Source: an uncultured bacterium (GTDB lineage: Bacteria; Spirochaetota; UBA4802; JAGODF01). Taken from it: a stretch of 64,000 nucleotides of DNA. Position numbers and translations under genes: made by a program. The notes beneath the pieces were generated by a model that worked only from the letters and a program-made list of their open reading frames with translations, was not told where the DNA came from and did no database searches. Position 1 is the first letter of the stretch. Every line of letters starts with the position of its first letter. The DNA lies in assembly GCA_937921485.1 (NCBI GenBank), contig CAKZSV010000015.1, positions 9,879-73,878 of the forward strand. The letters run 5' to 3'. Positions 59,824 to 64,000 of the stretch are shown in pieces.

Positions 59824-61449
59824 TCAGTTCGCCCGTCCATGGCCTTTCATTTCCGCTGCGCTTCGCAAAGCTTCACCGATGTGCGCAATGATATCCGATG
59901 CTTTCATCGCGTTTTTCCGTGTTTTGCGCACATACAAATCCGCCGCGCATCCGTGCAACCATGCCCCAAGTGCGGCCGCATCCCGAAGCGAAATGCCCCT
60001 GCTTGCAAGCGAAGCGATGATGCCGCAGAGTACATCGCCGGAGCCGGCAGTTGCAAGCGCGGGATTCCCGGTGGTGTTGATGCGCCAGTTCGTGCCATCG
60101 CACACAATTGACGCGGGACCTTTCAAAAGAACAGTTGCACCCGCAGCATGTGATAATTCACTTGCAGCCGCAAATCTGTTGTGTTTGATTTCATCGATTG
60201 ATTTTCCGCATATCCGCGATGCCTCTAAAAAATGCGGCGTGATGAGCACGTCAACTATAGGTTTTCCTTTTTGCTTCAGATACTCTGCAAAATGATACAG
60301 CCCGTCGCCATCGATGAGGACGCGCGAGAGGCCGAAATCGGCCGCGCCTTCCATGAGCGCCTCAAATACGGCTTTTGAAAGCACGCCTCGTCCCATGCCG
60401 GGACCCAGAACAACAAAGCCGAAAGGCTTTCTTGACGAGAAGAAATCGCCAAGCATTTTTTTCACTTCCGGAAGCACGCTGCCCGAAGAATCATTTTTTA
60501 TATGATTGCATTTTTCAACAAGATTGTACCACGCGTTTTCCGGCGCAAGAGAAGCAGTCATCAATTCAGGCACTTTTCCCGCGATGATATTTCTTGCATT
60601 CGGCGTGGTAAGCGCGGTGGCGATTCCCGCGCCTGTTTCGAAAAACGCAGATGCGGCAAGCAGAAGCGCCCCCTCCATGCCGTCGAATCCTCCCACAAAA
60701 AGCACATGTCCCCAGGAATTCTTGTGCGCATCCGCATCGCGCGCGGCGGGAAAGCGGGAACACACATATTCTTCATCAATCAGCTCAGCGTTCAACGCAT
60801 CGGATTCCGTCAGCGCGCGCGGAAAGCCGATATCGGCCAGCACAAGCTTTCCCGTCCACCGCTTGCCGGGATAGGTGACCAGCGAAATTTTCGGAAGGCC
60901 GATGGTGACGGTGATATCGGCGAACACCGCTTCGCCCTGAGGCGCCTCCCCATCCGATGGAAGTCCGCTTGGCACATCAATTGAAATAATGATGGCACCG
61001 CTGCGGTTGACGGCAGAAATCGCTTTCGCCAACACACCCCGCGGGGTACCGCTGAAGCCCGTGCCTGCGAGCGCATCGACAACGAGTTCGGTCCCGGCAA
61101 GTGCGTTTTCGCTTTGTTCATCAGTAACCGGCGCAATGGGAATTCCCGCGTTCTTGCAGAGGGAATGATATATCCGCGCACTCGCCGAAAGCTTTTCTTC
61201 CGCTCCCGCGAAATACACGCGGACGTTTCTACCGCTGTTAAACAGCAAATAGGCAACCACAAAGCCATCGCCGCCATTGTTGCCGGAACCGCACACCACC
61301 GCAATGTCTGAAATTCCTGAAAATTCATCGATAATATAGTTCGCCGCAACCCTTCCCGCGCAGGCCATGAGGACCTCGCCTGGAATACCGAAGCCATTGA
61401 TGGCGGCTTCATCGATGCGGCGCATTTCCTCGGCGCTGACAACTTTCAT
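59824..61449 (-). CDS. nnr: Bifunctional NAD(P)H-hydrate repair enzyme (epimerase/dehydratase)
   Basis: YjeF N- and C-terminal domains are present (MKVVSAEEMRRIDEAAI, GNNGGDG, GSGDVLCG). The ATG at 61449 shares one base with the upstream TGA. Confidence 0.9.
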   Translation of the reverse strand: MKVVSAEEMRRIDEAAINGFGIPGEVLMACAGRVAANYIIDEFSGISDIAVVCGSGNNGGDGFVVAYLLFNSGRNVRVYFAGAEEKLSASARIYHSLCKNAGIPIAPVTDEQSENALAGTELVVDALAGTGFSGTPRGVLAKAISAVNRSGAIIISIDVPSGLPSDGEAPQGEAVFADITVTIGLPKISLVTYPGKRWTGKLVLADIGFPRALTESDALNAELIDEEYVCSRFPAARDADAHKNSWGHVLFVGGFDGMEGALLLAASAFFETGAGIATALTTPNARNIIAGKVPELMTASLAPENAWYNLVEKCNHIKNDSSGSVLPEVKKMLGDFFSSRKPFGFVVLGPGMGRGVLSKAVFEALMEGAADFGLSRVLIDGDGLYHFAEYLKQKGKPIVDVLITPHFLEASRICGKSIDEIKHNRFAAASELSHAAGATVLLKGPASIVCDGTNWRINTTGNPALATAGSGDVLCGIIASLASRGISLRDAAALGAWLHGCAADLYVRKTRKNAMKASDIIAHIGEALRSAAEMKGHGRAN

Positions 61450-62510
61450 CACTTCCACTCCATGATTTCCACGTTGTTTTTGTTCACCCGGAACGAATAG
61501 AACGATGATGATTCATCGAGCATGATGTCCTGATAGAAATAGCGTCGCTCATCGAATCTCAAAAGGATGTTATTCACAATATTGCCGGAAAAATTCATTA
61601 TCACAAACCGGGTGCGCTTCTCCTCCACATTCCACAGATAGAGCTGCGAATCGTCAACCAGCGCGAAGAGTTCGTTTTTGGGATCGGGAAGATCGAGCAC
61701 CGTCCCGGTAATCTTCTGCTCTTTTATTGCATATTTAAATATTTTTCGGTACTTGAAGCGAAGCCCCTGATAAAATGCCACCGAGAGAAGGAAATCTTCC
61801 CCGCTTCGGAATATCTTCACGCAATCAATCTTCCCCTCATAGGTCTTATCCTGTTCCTGTTCCGTAAAGCCGGAATTGGTGAAATTGGCCGTGAAGGTGA
61901 GCTTCTGCTCCTGAAATCGGCTCACTGTCCATGTGGAGAATTTCCGTGAAACCACAAAGAGCCGGTCGCTTTTGTCCACCTCAACGCTTTCAATAAAATC
62001 AAACGGCATATTGGGCGCGCCCAGCTTGCCGAGCGTGTATTGCAGGGTCCCGGCAGCATCGAACGCTAAAAGATACGAGGGCGAAAAATCCAGGTCATCT
62101 CCGCCCGATGAATCCGACGGAACCATTCTGTTCTGTACATATATCACATCACGCGAGTCCGTGACGAGATGCCCCATCACGCTGAAGTTGAAAGAAGCAA
62201 TCTTCGCACCGCCCGATTTCGGCGCTGCCGCTCCGCGCGGCCCAATCAACAGCTCCAGCGAACCATCGCGTTCGAAAACCTGAAGGCGCTTGAGGCTGTT
62301 GTCGGCAATATAAATCTTGCCCCGATACACCCGCACGCCGAAGGTGAGATCGAAAATCCCGTCCTCGCCGAATACAAGCTTGACTTTCCCGGGCTCTACG
62401 CCGTTTTCTATTGCGCAGATAGGGCCTGGATTGTACGTGCTGACCTTCCAGTGGCCGCAGCCGAGCGTCGCTGCGATAAGCAGCGCGCAAACAATAATAC
62501 CATGTTTCAT
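61449..62510 (-). CDS. Hypothetical lipoprotein, beta-propeller (NHL-like) suspected
   Basis: The lipobox is TLGC. One NHL-like segment is GKIYIADNSLKRLQVFERDG. The start was trimmed to ATG 62510, preceded by GAGGTG. Confidence 0.6.
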   Translation of the reverse strand: MKHGIIVCALLIAATLGCGHWKVSTYNPGPICAIENGVEPGKVKLVFGEDGIFDLTFGVRVYRGKIYIADNSLKRLQVFERDGSLELLIGPRGAAAPKSGGAKIASFNFSVMGHLVTDSRDVIYVQNRMVPSDSSGGDDLDFSPSYLLAFDAAGTLQYTLGKLGAPNMPFDFIESVEVDKSDRLFVVSRKFSTWTVSRFQEQKLTFTANFTNSGFTEQEQDKTYEGKIDCVKIFRSGEDFLLSVAFYQGLRFKYRKIFKYAIKEQKITGTVLDLPDPKNELFALVDDSQLYLWNVEEKRTRFVIMNFSGNIVNNILLRFDERRYFYQDIMLDESSSFYSFRVNKNNVEIMEWK

Positions 62511-62803
62511 ATCACCTCGCATGAATCATCCTGTGGAATGAACCGCAGACATCCGTAACAGACTATTTGAACCCCCACCCTGAGGTATTTCTTTTGCATG
62601 GCAAGTACTATTTTTTAAGTGAATTGCCTTGACAAAAAAAGCCTCCGGATGCGCCATACAAAGCGGGGTGGAAATTCCTCGATGCACCGGCCCCGCGTTT
62701 GCGGAAATGCATCGTACGCAACGCCATCTTGCGCACAACACAAAAGACGGGCAGTTAAGCCCCGATAGTTGCATCATCACACGCTAATAGTAAGGAGCAA
62801 GGT

Positions 62804-63952
62804 ATGGATTTCAAACTGACCGATGAACAGCAAATGCTAAAAGAAATGTGCCGAAGCTTCGCCGAAAATGAACTGAAGCCTAAAGCGGAGCACTACGACA
62901 GGACGCATGAATTTCCGTGGGAGCACGTCAAGAAAATGGGCGAAATGGGCCTGATGGGAGTGGTATATCCGGAAAAATACAACGGCGCCGGGATGGATTA
63001 TCTTTCATACGCGATAGCCGTTGAGGAGCTTTCGAGAGGATGCGCTTCGACCGGGGTTATTTGTTCCGCCCACAATTCGCTCTGCCTCTCGCCGATTTAC
63101 TATTTTGGAACTGAAGAGCAAAAAATGAAATATCTCTCCAGGCTCTGCACGGGAGAATGGATAGGCTGCTTCGGCATCACCGAGCCGGAAGCGGGTTCCG
63201 ATGCCGCGGGCACGAAAACCACCGCCGAGTTTAAAAACGGCAGGTGGGTTTTAAACGGCACGAAAAATTTCATCACCAACGGCGGAGTGGCGAATGTTGC
63301 CGTAGTGACTGCCGTGACGGAAAAAGGGATTGGGCACAAAGGACTTTCGTTCTTTATAATAGAAAAGGGAACTCCCGGATTCAGCGTGGGGAAAACCGAG
63401 GACAAACTCGGCATCTGCGCATCCTCAACCACCGAACTGGTCTTCGATAACTGCGAAATACCCGAGGAAAATCTTCTGGGAAAAAAAGGCGATGGATTTA
63501 AAATCGCGATGCACACGCTCGACGGCGGAAGGGTTGGCATCGCCGCGCAGGCACTCGGCATCGCGCAGGCGGCGTACGATACCGCCAAAGCATACGCGAT
63601 GGAGCGAAAGCAGTTCGGCAAATCCATCGCAAGCTTCCAGGCCATACAGTGGATGATTGCCGATATGGCCACCGAAATCGAAGCCGCGCGGCTTTTGGTG
63701 TATCAGGCCGCAAACTACATGAACACCGGCGAACGCCAGCGATACTCGAAGTATTCCGCGATGGCAAAGCTTTTTGCTTCTGAAACCTCGCACCGCGTGA
63801 CGCATAAAGCCATTCAGATTCACGGCGGCTACGGCTACGTGAAGGATTATCCCGTCGAGCGGTATTATCGCGACGCGCGCATCACCGAAATTTACGAAGG
63901 CACTTCGGAAATTCAGCGGCTGGTGATTGCGAGCAATGAATTAAAAGGGTAA
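62804..63952 (+). CDS. Acyl-CoA dehydrogenase (short/medium-chain, butyryl-CoA dehydrogenase-like)
   Basis: Motifs GCFGITEPEAGSDA and the C-terminal YEGTSEIQRLVIA are typical of ACADs. 382 aa. Confidence 0.9.
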   Translation: MDFKLTDEQQMLKEMCRSFAENELKPKAEHYDRTHEFPWEHVKKMGEMGLMGVVYPEKYNGAGMDYLSYAIAVEELSRGCASTGVICSAHNSLCLSPIYYFGTEEQKMKYLSRLCTGEWIGCFGITEPEAGSDAAGTKTTAEFKNGRWVLNGTKNFITNGGVANVAVVTAVTEKGIGHKGLSFFIIEKGTPGFSVGKTEDKLGICASSTTELVFDNCEIPEENLLGKKGDGFKIAMHTLDGGRVGIAAQALGIAQAAYDTAKAYAMERKQFGKSIASFQAIQWMIADMATEIEAARLLVYQAANYMNTGERQRYSKYSAMAKLFASETSHRVTHKAIQIHGGYGYVKDYPVERYYRDARITEIYEGTSEIQRLVIASNELKG

Positions 63953-64000
63953 AAAAACCGGATAGTACATCGCACGTTAAGAAAATACCCGCCGGTGCTG

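Overview
This is a chromosomal window from a diderm (Gram-negative-type) bacterium with an anaerobe-like gene set. That set includes a Tat-exported Cys-type formate dehydrogenase, ETF and acyl-CoA dehydrogenase, a glycine cleavage system with lipoyl synthase, and several radical SAM enzymes. I can support about 50 protein-coding genes and 2 tRNAs (Thr-CGU, and a CAU-anticodon tRNA that looks more like tRNA-Ile2 than tRNA-Met). I also list a few intrinsic terminators and sigma70-like promoters. Most genes are housekeeping: etfBA, murB, hemA, cysK/metY, gcvT-H-PA-PB-lipA, secA, proB, obg, rplU-prp-rpmA, nnr and plsC. I found no rRNA, CRISPR array, transposase, integrase or recognisable defence system.

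Signals worth a second look:
1. An unannotated ~113-bp MITE with 16-nt imperfect terminal inverted repeats and copy-specific 4-bp target-site duplications. There are 3 full copies and 1 truncated copy, and it carries an internal terminator-like hairpin.
2. A tightly packed, co-directional envelope gene array (about 62510 down to 49305). It links an AsmA/YdbH-like protein, an N-terminally extended YdbL-like lipoprotein, a 1783-aa TolB-propeller/TPR lipoprotein and a receiver-PP2C phosphatase.
3. A 1147-aa pseudokinase-TPR-GAF-AraC fusion next to a lipase/patatin pair.
4. An apparently active Prp protease next to an L27 that has no propeptide.
5. A single-Cys Nox/CoADR-type flavoprotein at the head of the gcv genes, where an L-protein would be expected.
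6. A long, structured leader upstream of the formate dehydrogenase genes.

All family assignments come from motif recognition by eye, not database searches. CDS coordinates follow the ORF track, with starts trimmed where an ATG plus RBS or a family-typical N-terminus supports it. Hand-mapped coordinates (tRNAs, repeats, hairpins, promoters) may be off by 1-2 nt.
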